NCBI RefSeq assembly: GCF_036971445.1
Contig: NC_091470.1
Span: 145,390,001-145,454,000 of the forward strand
Origin: Narcine bancroftii
Taxonomy: Eukaryota
Direction of reading: 5' to 3'
DNA: 64,000 bases
Shown: positions 52,170 through 64,000 of the stretch, one piece after another
How positions within the stretch are numbered: position 1 is the first letter of the stretch
Layout of the letters: the number at the start of each line of letters is the position of its first letter
The notes under the pieces: model-generated
Told to the model about the DNA's origin: nothing
The model's database searches: none
Seen by the model: only the letters and a program-made list of their open reading frames with translations
Made by a program: the position numbers and the translations under genes

Positions 52170-52742
52170 TTGGACTGAAGAAAAGGGAAGTTATCCTGAA
52201 AATGTACAAGGGACTGGTGAGGCCATATATGAGTACTGCATGCAGTTCAGATCTCCTGACTTGAGGAAGGATGTCCTGGCTTTGGAGGTTTCACAAGTTT
52301 GATTCCAGAGAGTTAGCATATGATGAGTGATCAAGTCAACTGGGCTGTGCCCACTGGAATTTAGAAGAATGACAGGGGATCATATAAAATTATGAAATCC
52401 ATGGATAAAATAGAGGTTGACAAGTTGTTTCCATTGGTTGGGGAGACCAGAACTCAGGGACTGACCTCAAGAAACTGGGTTGTAGATTTAGGATGGATAC
52501 AAGGAGAAACTGCTTTTCAAAGAGGAGGGTGTACCTGTGGAATTTGCTGCCCATTGAAGCAGTGGAGGAGACCTGAGTGAATATATTTCAGAAAAGGTTG
52601 GATAGATTTTTACATAGTTGGGGAATTATGGGATATGGGGAAAAGGCAGGAAGGTGGAGATGAGCCAATCATCAGATCAGCTATGGTGGAGCAGGTTCGA
52701 TGGGCCGGATGGCTGACTCACGCTCCTATTTCTTGTGTTCTT
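52170..52742 (+). mobile_element. CR1 3' end inserted in a palindromic PLE-derived element (52100-52940)
   Basis: EYCMQFRSPDLRKDVLALE C-terminus plus 3' UTR. PLE terminal-repeat sequence continues on both sides. Confidence 0.8.
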
Positions 52743-54023
52743 GTATAGCAAAGAAAGATACAAAATCAACCTTTTGAGCTCAAGTCCTTCATCAAGCTAG
52801 GACAAACTGTAGGTGGGCACCGAAAATGTTGGTTATGTATTGTTACCTTTGCTGTATGAAGGACACTATTTGACCTGCTGAGTTTCTCCAGCTTTCAGTT
52901 TTAATTTAAACCACAGTGTCTGCAGACTTTTGTGTTTTACTCCTCTCCTCTAAACCAAGAAACTGTTGAAGAGGATGAGAAGCAGCCAGAGAACGAAACG
53001 AGAGACATTTCAGAAAGTGGGTTGTGTAAACCCATAAAGTTCAAGGGAATGACTGCCGCCAGAGAGGGTGTTCTGAACTGAGGACCAGGGAACGCTGTTT
53101 CATCAGGTTGTACTGGTACAATCAGATGACAATAAGCTTTGAAATTGAAAGCAACACCAAACAAAATGGTAAAAGAAGAACAAACAGTAATGCACTGATG
53201 ATACTGTCAACAAAGGTGCCAAGGTCGTCAGGGTGGGGGTCCTGGCGTGTATGTGAACATTTGTGGATATATGTGTTGGTTTTTCAGTTTAAAAAAAATA
53301 GCAGGAATACATCTGTATCATGTGAACAAAATTATTTCTGATACTCAAATACATTTTGAAAAGAGACGTTAAAGAGAAAGTCCAAAGTCAGATTGTCAGA
53401 CCTTTATCCAACAGTTAGCCAGGGCAAGCACAGAAAGATCACAAGGTAGAAGAGCAGAAGGCAGCCTATCAAGTCTGCTCCACCATTCTCATCATGAGCT
53501 GATCCATCCTCCCCCTCAGCTCCACTCCCCTGGCTTTCTCCCCGTCACCCTTGATGCCCTGACTAATCAAATCCCTGTCCATCTGTCGTGCAGGAATCAA
53601 ACTTCAAAGGAAATTTGGAAAGCAGGGGATACTGGCAAGTAGAAGCAAAAGGGAAAAAAAACCCAAGAGGTTTCATAAATGAATAAAGGGCAGGTAGATA
53701 ACAGAAGAAAATGTCAAGCTGCCTGGTACAGAGGATATGGGCAGAGCTCCAAACTTTCCAACTGCCATCAGAAAACAAGGCAGACGAGCATAAAATATTG
53801 GATAGAAATCAGCATTATAAGAGAGGAAACATTAAGGTGTCGAACAGTGGAGAATGTGGATAAATCAAAACTCCACACGAAATACATCAGAAGCTGTTGG
53901 AAATAATCGAGGAAATTAAATGCTATGATTGAAGGGAGCGAGGAAATGGCAGAGTTATTTTAAAAAAAAATCCTCTCTGGCTAGACAGACCCGTTTAAAA
54001 AGGGAGGAGGAAGAAACCAAGCA

Positions 54024-54095
54024 AGGTCAGGGCAGTTAATTTAATCTTGGAGGTGGGCAGGTCAGGGCAGTCAATTTAATCTTGGAGGTGGGCAG
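54024..54095. repeat. 35-bp tandem duplication within a degraded CR1 ORF2 fragment
   Basis: aggtcagggcagt(t/c)aatttaatcttggaggtgggc occurs twice. Confidence 0.9.
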
Positions 54096-54429
54096 CTTCG
54101 TGGACACCCAAACTTCCATTTGGAAAGATTCAGCTTATTAAGGGGAAATTATCATAATTACAAGAGAGAACATAACAGCAGGTTAAAGGCCTTTCGCCCC
54201 ATAATGTTGTGCCGACAGATCTAAACCAACTCGATAGTCTTAACCTTTCCAACGTAACCTTCCATTTTCCTTACATCCATGTGCCTGTCCTGATTGCACC
54301 AGCCTCCACCACCACTCCTGGCAATGTTTTCCAGGCACCCACAACTCTCTAGGTAAAGAACGTCAAGAAGGATATTGACACAGGAGGCTGTCGATGCTCA
54401 AATCTGAAGCGACAAACAACCTGCTGGGG

Positions 54430-54715
54430 GAAGTAAAACACAAAAATCTGTAGACACCGTGGTTGAAATAAAAACACAAAATGCTGGAGAAGCTCAGTAG
54501 GTCAAACAGTGACCTTATATCGCAAAGGTCAAAATACATTAGTGACGTTTCGGGCCTGAGCCCTTCATCAAAGTAGGAGGGGTGGCTGGGTGAAGAGAGA
54601 GGGAAGGGAGGGAGGAGAACTGGAAAGGGAAGGACAAGAGCAGGTTTGAAGAAACCAGAAAAGTTAATGTTAATGCCATCTGGTTGGAGAGTGGTTGGGT
54701 CGAGCAGCATCGGTG
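54430..54715 (-). mobile_element. Penelope-like element 3' fragment with hammerhead-like motif
   Basis: TLQPDGININFSGF endonuclease tail, then ttgatgaagggctcaggcccgaaacgtc on the minus strand (54544-54571). Confidence 0.8.
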
Positions 54716-57700
54716 GGACAAAAAAAAAAAGCGGTTGACATTTCAGATCGGACCCTGCATTGACAGCAAGAAACCTGTCCTTGCCCAGTCTCTATTTTCA
54801 TCATGGACTCTGAACGACCACTTCCGTTCCGGGCCAATGAGAGACAAACAGTGAATGAAAGAGATATCCATGTTCCAAGACTGAATGAAGGCAGGATTCT
54901 CGCAACCGCAGTGCTGGTTTCTCTGCCACAGTGAGTCGTCAGAACGAACAACTGCACCACTGGACAGTAAGCGTGTGAGCAGTTCATCTTGGAAGGTCTC
55001 CAGGTTTGAGAAGTGCTTTATTTCCCCTTTCACTCTTTGCGTCTTTGCCCTCACATTGATTGTGAGTGAAAGAAGAAAGTCTGCAGAGGTGGTGGCTGTG
55101 GTAAATGCACAAAAAGGTTGGAGAAATTTGGCAGCTCAGGCCAGAAAGGCTGGTCATCCATCTTTGCCTCTAATGGACACTTGAGGGACCTGCCGAGTTC
55201 CTCCAGCAATTTTGTGGGTCGACTTTGCCCATTGATTTCACTCACTTTCTCTGTAAATCCCACATGATTCATCTTCCCTCAGATCCTCGACAAACCTGGA
55301 ACCTCCCTTTGGTTACATCTTTGTAACCATTTGCAGATAGGCAAAAGAAAGATCTGTAAATCGGAACAAAATATCCTTGTGAAAGTACCAAGGCCAGCAA
55401 AAGCTCACAAATGCTGATTTTGCTAATTCTGCCCACAAATGAACACATTAATCAGTAAGCTTGCGTTTTATCCTGGTCTTATCTCTGGGGTCAGACTGGT
55501 CTGTACTGATGACGATTTCCAATTTGAAAATATTGCAATATTGAGCACTTTAAAATTTGCTTATCAAAACTGGTGCAGTACAACTCAGAAGCTCATCTTG
55601 TTGCTACCCTGCTAAAGTGGAGTCTTGCGCACTGTTCCTTTTGCACCAGTGTGCGTGCCAGGCCCCTCCATTCAATGTGATCCTAATCTCGTCAGCTGCC
55701 CAAAGCCATCAATTCCCCAATCTTTTCAAAATTCACCTGAAACTCTGTCCAATTGGCCTGGTCTCCACCCTGCATTGCAAGACCTTCTGAGAGTGAAAAT
55801 GAACATTCCCAGTCATTTCTGTTTGAAACAACGATCCCTTTATCTTGTTGTTGAACCACCTCACTCAAAGCTTCCTCAAGAGTGAAAACATTTCAACATT
55901 TAGCACTGACAATGTCAACCCCTGCAAGATATGATGTCTCAATTAGATGATCTCTGACTCTTATAAATTCCCGATACGCAATAAACCTCTCTCGATAACC
56001 CACCCTCATCCCAGGAATCATTAATCGGTTGAATCTCCCTTGGACTGTATCTAACATTACAACATCCTATTTAAGTCAAGGGGACCAAACCAGGGCTCAG
56101 TATTCTGAATGTGGGTTCACCAATACCCCATTTCTTAATTACAATTCCTTGGCAGTGGAGAGTGACATGCCATTTACCTCAAAATGGTGTTGTTGTGAGA
56201 CTCAATCCAAAAGTGGGGTTGTTTTGAGACTAACCATTCACAATTTATAGTGAGGACTTCATAACCGGGTTTGCTCGTAACACAAAAGTGGGAAAGCAGG
56301 TGCCAAGTTAGATGAACGGTCTGACCTGGCAGAAATGAAGATTACGATCGAGAAGGTTCGAAACCAAAAATCACTGAGTTTTTGCTCTGGAGTAATTCAA
56401 CAGGAAAGTGGACTCAAAGCCATTAGCTCGGTGACTGAAGCAGCCGAATTCTGCTCGGCCAATAAACTGACACCATTTTCCTTCAAGCAGACATGATCAG
56501 GAAGAAATCTAACCCAGGTACTCAACATGACAAACAAGAGAGGTTGGAAGAGCAAACGAGGACTCCACATTTCCCATGGTTGAGACAGAGAACACATTTG
56601 AAGATGCTGGCAGGTGAACCAAGCACAATGGGACAAAATATACTTCCAATGTGCCTGCTTTAAAAAAAAATCACCTTTTCCTCATTTGCTTTTAAAATAG
56701 CAGTGATTTGTAACCTAATTATTTCAGATTAGCATGCAAAACCACATACAGAGCGCTAAATGTGTTCTGAAAAATGATATGGTTGAGGAAAAATAAAGCC
56801 AAGGCTTTTGTCGAAAATCCAGATTGTTGAGGACTGATTTTTTTTTAAAAACGGGAACCCAGTGTGGAAAATGCCAGCCTCCAAGTCATAGGTCAAGGAT
56901 GCAAATCAGGGACTCGGAAGTAGTCCCAAAAAAAGCTAGGCTGGCACTGCAATGCAGTCCTGCGAGATCACTGCACAGTCCCATGAGGTACATCCCCATC
57001 TAAGAGTGCAATCCTTTTCAGTGGACTTGGAAGGTCTCTGGGACACTGCTCTTGTAAATGCTTCAGCCAAGAACCTTCAAGACAAGTGGATGGGAAGGTT
57101 CTACCAGACAAATGCTGCCCTCTGTAAATGGAATTTGCCTGACAATCAACTCATTGCAAATGGAATTAAATTTTCCATGCTTTGGGAAAGTTTTCACAAG
57201 TACAGTAATGTAATCTCAGAAACACACCAACCATAGTCATGGCTTTAAAGAGCAAATTTCCAAAACTTGGAAGGGACGGACTAAAGCAAAGCCAAGAACT
57301 GGATGGACTGCACCAAGAACTAGGACTGGTGCTGTGGGACAAGGTACCCCCTATTGTTCTCAAGGTTCATCGACTCCAACCTTACATAGAACCAATGTTA
57401 CAGCCACTGGAAACAAACAGATGTTGGAGGAATAAGGCGGCATGGGAATAATCAGGGAGAGCAAAATCCACTGTCCACACCATTGCCAATCACCTTTTCT
57501 TTTGCATGAGGATTAATGTGAACATTATCTATCTTATGTATTCATTGATTCTTTTAATTTAATTACTTTCTGACAATAGTTTTTTTTTTCCTTGACGAGT
57601 ACCCACTCTGCTGCAGGAAGAATTTCAGTTCACATGTGCATTGTGCCTGACAATCAACTCATTGTCATTCATGCCGGAAAACCGATCCAGGTTGTTGAAC

Positions 57701-60503
57701 TGGGACAGAGGGGCTGAATGGCCTGAACTGCTCACTTTTCTTTTTAAATAATAAAGTCTGTGGTGAATGATATTGCGCAGGAATAAATCTTGCTGATTGA
57801 TAAAGAGCTGCGGTTATTTTTTATCATCCACCTTGGATTAATATCTGAAAGTCAGCACTTCTGGTTGTGCTCGGCTGCCTAAGCTCTGCGCTGGAAGTAG
57901 CAGCCTGGAGTGGGACCAATCAGGGGCAAGAGCATTTCCCACTGAGCCACAGCTCAGGGGCGCGCTTCCTGCGGAAAGCATAACCTTTGGGGTGGGACAA
58001 AAGTCAACCTCTCTTCTCAGAGCTACTCATTTCCACAATACAGGAGCCAAGCTCAAATGACGATCCTTCCCATCCATCAATCTTTGCCTCAGCCCTCTCT
58101 GTCTATTCTCTAAAACTCAATTCCAGGGGTAGTTTATATAGCTGCCTGATGCAGTCGTAAATATTTTCAATATTTAATATTAATATTATCCAATATTAAA
58201 TATTGGAGCTCAAGGCTGGTGGGGAACTCCAAAGAGAAATAACCTCAAGGAAAATCATTAATTTCCACCTTATTCCGAATCTACTTTTAGCTTGGCCTAG
58301 AAGGGAAATAACCTTCCCGTTTTCTTCTGGGAGCCTCTCAGAATCTAATATTTCAAGAAGATCACCTCTCATTGTGCCAAACTCCAATGGTTTAACCCTT
58401 TCATCACCAGACAACCACTTAACCCCAGGAATTCATCCGGTGAATCTTCTGAGGAGGAGAGAATAGAATTACTTCCCTTCTGAAAGGGAGAGGCCGGAAC
58501 TCATCCTCAGAGGGTGGTTTGCATCCAAATCAAGCTGCCAGAGGAAGTGGGAGAAGCGGGTAAAACTAAGACATTTGAACAAATATTGGGACAGATGCAT
58601 AGATTGGAAAGACTGAGAATGCAGGCTAGTCCACAATGCCAAATTGGTCAGGACGGACAAGTTGAGCTGAAAGTTCCATGCTGTACAACCAATGCTCTCC
58701 TCCCATCGTAAGAATTCCCTCCTTTTTTCAGTCCAATTTCCAATAAAGAACATTCTATTTTCCTTAATTACTTGCTGTAACTGAACAATCCCTTCTGTGC
58801 TTCAGATGGGAGGACACCCAGATTCCCCACTCTATCTCCTTAAAAGCATTATGTTGATTTTATTTCTTCCCACCACCACCCCCCCCCCCCCCCAACAAAG
58901 TGGATAACCTCACACTTCATTGAAGCAAATTCATAATAAATACCTCTCCTTCTGTCAGTGTATCTGACAAGAGGCCAGGTCACCAAAACAAGATCCAATG
59001 ATCACTGGGTCCTGAGATCCTCCGGCTCGAGAGATTCCTACCCTCTGAATAACATTTCAGCTCATCAATCTCTGCCCTTCATTCCCTCAACCCAACGGAC
59101 CTTCCCACAGTCAGACAGTGTGCCCTGCGATAACGGGCCTGAACAAGGAGCCATCAGAAGTTGAAGTTAGAGCTGAGGTTGCGTGAACTTCTGCAGCAGG
59201 TCAGAAAGCAGAACGCCAAGGTCGTCATGGTGGTTCAACTGGCCCTGTTGTCTATCATGATGAAAAATGACTTCACTTTGACCAAGGTCTGACCACTGAA
59301 TCATGAAACCCATCAGGGATAAACTTTTTTGCTTCAGGTCATGTTGTATAGGGCAATTCCAACACCAGGATCACCATTTGTAATGCCCACAGCTGGGAAC
59401 TATCGACCAGGGACAAAGCTGGAAACCACGGCCCCCACCTCACCCCCCCCCCCCACCAATATTTAAACTGGCACAAATCCTCCTATTCAATAATCATTTA
59501 AAACATTTGCAGCCCCTTTGAGGATTCTACTACATCCTTTATTTTTATGTTTTATATTTAAATGTGTTTTAAAATGGGATAGGCGACTTCTAGAGTGAGC
59601 TTATTCAATCAAATACTCGACAGTCAACATCCTTTACAGCAGGCAGCACATTTCCTTTCACAGCATCTGCAAAACTGCAGCCAATTTACATCATGGAAAT
59701 GGTGCATGCAAGTTTTAAAAACGTCCGTCATTAATCTGCCTTTCCTTCTCTGTGTGGCTCCACGGTTTCCCCTCATCAAGGAGTGCAAGCTGTGCACAAG
59801 ATCGTACAGCAGTCGCTTGCCACATCCCATCCCTCGCTCCACCTCCGTCTCACCTCTGACTTTGCTGCATTCACCAAGACGAACTGTCAATGCAGTATGC
59901 AGTGATGCTCCATGCAGTTCTGCCCTCCTCCCCTCTCCCTCCCCCCCCACCCTCCGCCTCCAACCTTTCATCCTGCTCTGGACTGCAGTACATCCTCGCT
60001 GAGAACTCTTGCAGCACCTCAACCAAGCCACAGACGTATTTCTGCCTCCACACAAAAAGCTGCACAAAAATTGGAACAATTCAGCCATTTTGCCAGAATT
60101 TCATACATTGACACATCATTTACAATCAGATGCAGGGCTTGTGGTGGAAATCAAAATCGGAAATTTACATGGACACAGTGCATTCACTGAACGTTAACAC
60201 TTGCAGCCAAGTGTCGGTCTCCGGAAGGCCTTACTTTGCAGCTGCCACATTTTCCCAAGTTCAAAAAAAATTAACCCAAACTCCCTCAGAACTCATATTC
60301 TGGAATCTTGAGCAAACAGTGAGCTGCTGGAAAAAACTCAGCAGGTCAGGCAGCGTCCGTGGAGAGAAACGGTCAGTCCCCATTTCTGGTCGGGTCCATT
60401 TTATTGGTTGACCGCTTCAACCCACACTTGCCTCAGGATATCGCTTTTGAAGCATTCACTGCAATCTCCAATCCACTGCTCTGGGTACTTAAATGAGCCT
60501 CAC

Positions 60504-60563
60504 CTGAAGAGGAGAGGCCCAGACTGAGGCTGGCGGGTACTGCGGGCTCCTTAGTACAAACAG
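60504..60563 (-). other. Candidate 60-nt internal exon (5' UTR or phase 1-1 coding: AVCTKEPAVPASLSLGLSSS)
   Basis: Textbook signals: branch-like CTAAC, polypyrimidine ccttttttttgttttctcc, AAAG| acceptor and CAG|GTGAGG donor. Length divisible by 3. Confidence 0.55.
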
Positions 60564-61046
60564 CTTTGGAGAAAACAAAAAAAAGGGTTAGAAGCATTGA
60601 TGTTCCCGTCTGATGCAGCATACACCCACCAGCCACTGTTCTCGCTGCATGTCGCAATTTATCAGCAAATCTTAGAGGTGAACGAAGGGATCAGTGCACG
60701 TTAACTAACTGTGGACCAAAGGGGTGACTCGTGACTGCAGCAAATGTCTATGACCCACTTTTGCTAATGAAAACGTCCATGCACAGGGAGCACCACAGGT
60801 TTGCTAGCCACATTAAATGATTTACTTGTACATTAATGCAAATTAAGGCACAAAGCAGAATACTTGAATTGATTTTTAAAATCAATTTCAAAGCAAGATT
60901 CGGGGCCTGAACGAAAAATAATTGCATGGGGTCGACCAACAAGGGGGTGAAACTTTGCTCTTTGATTTGGCCTTAAAAAAGTCACCAAATTATTCTTAAA
61001 AAGCTTCCCTCATTTATACGTTCCCTCATGTGCTTGAGAGTTCAGG

Positions 61047-61219
61047 TTGAGATACCGAGAACCACTTCCAACCATTATAATGTAAATGGTATCTTCCTTA
61101 AAAATTGAGATACCGACAACCACTTCAAATAAAAATGTAAATGGTATCTTCGTTAAAAATTGAGATACCGAGAACCACTTCCAACTATTATAATGTAAAT
61201 GGTATCTTCGTTAAAAATT
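61047..61219. repeat. Minisatellite, three copies of a 55-58-bp unit
   Basis: ttgagataccga(g/c)aaccacttc...aatgtaaatggtatcttc(c/g)ttaaaaa, three times. Confidence 0.92.
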
Positions 61220-61659
61220 TGTTCTGCAAGGTCATATCTCTTTCGAGACTGAAAGCTCAGAAGTATCATCTTCCTGCAGCAGAAGTGACCTTCTGAGAAT
61301 AACAATTATTTTCTTTCAAACTATGAAAAATATCACTTTTTTTTAAAAAAAACCCTTAAAGGAGGGGGATAAATTGGACAAAATGGGAGTCTTTCAAAAA
61401 TTCATCTGGGTTTTAGCACCCTCTCTATCAGATTGGTCCTAAAAATAAATTGTGATCCTTCTACACCTTCACATGAGGGATGGTCAGTTCAATTTGATTT
61501 TTGCCTCCCTCCTGCGAGACTTGACTCAGTACCCGTCAGGATGTGGGGCTCAGGAAGCGTGCAGGGGATATTCTCAAAAGTAGTACGACTCCCTCTCCAG
61601 AACAGAGCGGGAATCTCCTGCCTTTGTCACCTCTTCCCCCCCCCCCCCCAAATCTTTTT

Positions 61660-61790
61660 GTTCATACACTTGCCAGCATTCTCTCATACCTTGATGAAGG
61701 GCCCAACCTCGAAATGTCGGTGATGTATCTTTACCTTTGCTACATAAAGGACCCTGCTTAGCTTCTCCAGCATTTTGAGTTTTTAACTGG
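61660..61790 (+). mobile_element. PLE terminal-repeat fragment with hammerhead-like motif
   Basis: catacc-ttgatgaagggcccaacctc-gaaatgtc-ggtgatg; same family as 7725-7810. Confidence 0.7.
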
Positions 61791-62899
61791 AACTCCTTCA
61801 TGCTCACTGCCAACAGTGAAAGCACGGATTTGAGTAACTTTATTTGAATAAACCTCCATCCGGGCAGATTACACTTCCCACTGAAATTTTCCAGAAAGAT
61901 TAAAGAAGAAAGTTTAGAAATGAATTTGTGACCGCAGAGGTCATTCAGCTTATCAATACCAACCCCAGTCCGGCAATCCCAACAGGTTCAATCCTCTTCT
62001 TTCACATTCTGTGAACGGTGAGGCAGAATAGCCAATTTCTGCCCTTGTCTTATGGCCTCTGGCCATCCACTTCTTTTCACAAAAATAAAGCTATCTCCTC
62101 TTCCTCCACTCACACAAGGACAGGACATCTTCATCTCTTTTATTCCCAAGTCAACTCAGGCGAAGCAAGAGTGGGATCAATTGGTGTTGGCAGCCAGCTG
62201 TGTGACAGCCATCACCAGCAAAACAGTGCAAGGAGTAAAAGGGTGGGACAGGGACCAAATCATCAGCCCATTTTGCTGCATCAACTTCAAGTTGACAGAA
62301 TGCCTCCAAATGCAAGGTTCTCAATACCAGTGACTGCATGTGGACTGCAGGCTGCAAGGGCAACTGCATCATATCAGGAACTACCGCCCAACCAGTAAAA
62401 CAGTGAACACTCAACTGCAGCAATGGAGTTCCAGCAAGATGAGGGTTTCCTCGAAGCACAAATAACATTGAAACCAAAAATCTTAATTTTTGACCCAGTT
62501 TCTCTTCAAGGGGCCTTGCTGAAGGGAACAGGTCGCGGGGACCTCTGAAACCAGAGCACAAAGGTAATGTCAGAAAATGCAAGGAGGAATTAAACGAGGG
62601 GCATCCCCTCCAGCTCGAGCAGCAAGTGCTGGGAGCAGATCAGCAGTGGGGCTAAAGCAACGATGAACTAATGCATCCAACACGCGATAAGATCCCGTTC
62701 CCTGCATGCCACATGCTGTCACTGACCCAGCTCACTCCAGTCCTGCAGGCGAAGGCCGAGAGGGACACACAGGGAATCAAATCCGCTGGACCTGCGGGAC
62801 CTTTCAATGGGTCAAGTTTTCGATGCAAATAGCCGCTATTTTTTTTTTTGGTTGATTCAATGAAAACTGTTGTCAAAAGGAACAATTTTAAGGAGTTGT

Positions 62900-63640
62900 T
62901 GAGGCTTCCTTGCATTTGCTCTTTACGAGTTCCGCAAGTCTCAGCCCGGGATCCCGGCAGCTCCGGAGCCGCGTCCCCCGCAGGAGGAACCTGGGGATGC
63001 GCCAACGCTGGGGTCTGAATGTGCTTCAAACGGCGCTCGAAGGAGGAAAACGGGGGGGGGGGGGAGAGGACGGGGGAAGAGCCAGACTAGGAAGCCGGGA
63101 GGGTTGGACAATCTGGCCATGAGAGCAACACTCTGCGAGCAAGAACCGATCCATTCCGCAAAACAGCTGACAATTTTTTTTTAAAGGGATGCATCTCTGC
63201 TCCTTTGGGAGGCAGCGCGCAGGGACGGGCTCCCAAGCAGCCGGGTCGGGCTCTCTGAAGGTCACGGCGACGCCGGAGGGGCTCAGGTAGTCTCACAGGG
63301 TCCAGATCTGGGGGGGGGGGGGGGGGGGGTACTGTCAGCCTTCACGCTTCGGCCCCTCTCCGTCCCGGACTGGGACTGGGGAGGTCAACCCCGTCTGCAC
63401 CAGCACCCGGCTCGCAGCGTCCGGCCAACTTCGCCCATCCCACATCGTTGGAAGCAGCTCGCTTCGCTGCAGTCGCTGAGTCAGACAGCCTCCCTTAAAG
63501 GGGCGGGCCATGAGAGGGAGCAGGAGCCTTCGCCGTCATTTTATTCTGATTAAAAGGCAATCGCCGCTGGAGGGCAGGTTTTTTTTTTAAAAAGGGGCAA
63601 TAATGTTGCGCCCTTGATGTGAGACGAGGCGTCGCCTCCT
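62900..63640. promoter_or_regulatory. CpG island / probable promoter
   Basis: Visibly high CpG and GC density compared with the rest of the window. GC box ggggcggg at ~63499-63507, AP-1 site TGAGTCA 63477-63483, CArG-like ccttaaaggg, and G20 run 63310-63329. Confidence 0.7.
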
Positions 63641-63690
63641 CTCTGCACTGCATTGAGGGCAGGGACGCGTGGTTGTAAAATTCCCCTCAC

Positions 63691-63745
63691 CTGAGAACTG
63701 GGGCTGCATTGGCTCCAACACCATCCCCTTTAAGGTCCACAGATG
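63691..63745 (-). other. Candidate 55-nt exon containing an ATG (MVLEPMQPQFS, phase 1)
   Basis: Acceptor ccttctctctcgctcgacag|, ATG at 63724 and donor CAG|GTGAGG. Its phase fits the 60504-60563 exon. Confidence 0.35.
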
Positions 63746-64000
63746 CTGTCGAGCGAGAGAGAAGGTGCTTTCAATGGCAAACTGGGTTTTATTTGACCAC
63801 GCAGATAATATATGGGGGAAACTTTGGTAAAGGGAACATTTCTGTCGCTCTGAACTGCGGTGTGGAGAGATGGAAGACGCAGAACTTTGCAGAAGAAGGT
63901 CACTGTGCAAGGGGTTCGGAATCCACGAATTCTCCCAGTGCGGCTGTGCGGACAAACCAAGGAGAAGCATTTCGCAATACGGCACTGGGACAGCACGGCC

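Noticed and set aside
59595-60190. Overlapping 135-154-aa ORFs on both strands
   Set aside because: No domain, no flanking splice signals, low-complexity centre; more likely non-coding unique sequence.
1282-61219. Short tandem repeats as a possible CRISPR-like array
   Set aside because: Only 2-3 head-to-tail units with no unique spacers, no cas genes, and a vertebrate context.
219-63483. Window-wide enrichment of AP-1 sites
   Set aside because: About 11 sites noticed by eye versus roughly 8 expected by chance for a 7-mer on two strands in 64 kb; not convincing.

Overview
Eukaryotic, repeat-rich vertebrate genomic DNA. The repeat mix (CR1 LINEs, V-domain tRNA-derived SINEs, Penelope-like GIY-YIG fragments, Rex1/Babar-type LINE ends, fish-type L1) points to a cartilaginous fish, probably a ray or skate; this is an inference. 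Nearly all ORFs in the supplied track are spurious or TE fragments. The only long intact ORF is an L1 ORF1p (49191-50420). It lies in a young-looking ~2.7 kb insertion bounded by an exact 18-bp target-site duplication (TSD). This insertion has lost almost all of ORF2 (an ORF1-only, HAL1-like element) and carries ~260 bp of extra sequence 5' of the L1 start (apparent 5' transduction). A second, decayed and rearranged copy of this L1 family lies on the minus strand (~32530-35604). Both copies keep an NRF1-type palindrome, a YY1-like motif and a strong antisense splice donor, reminiscent of the primate L1 antisense promoter/ORF0. Other elements include a 718-bp solo LTR nested in a CR1, a 501-bp internally deleted Chapaev3 DNA transposon, hAT and Tc1/pogo-type MITEs, and palindromic Penelope-derived elements with hammerhead-ribozyme-like cores. 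Splice signals suggest the window is the 5' intronic region of a large minus-strand gene with a CpG island at ~63 kb and several small, phase-compatible candidate alternative 5' exons. I could not identify that gene. TE boundaries without TSD or terminal-inverted-repeat (TIR) evidence are approximate.
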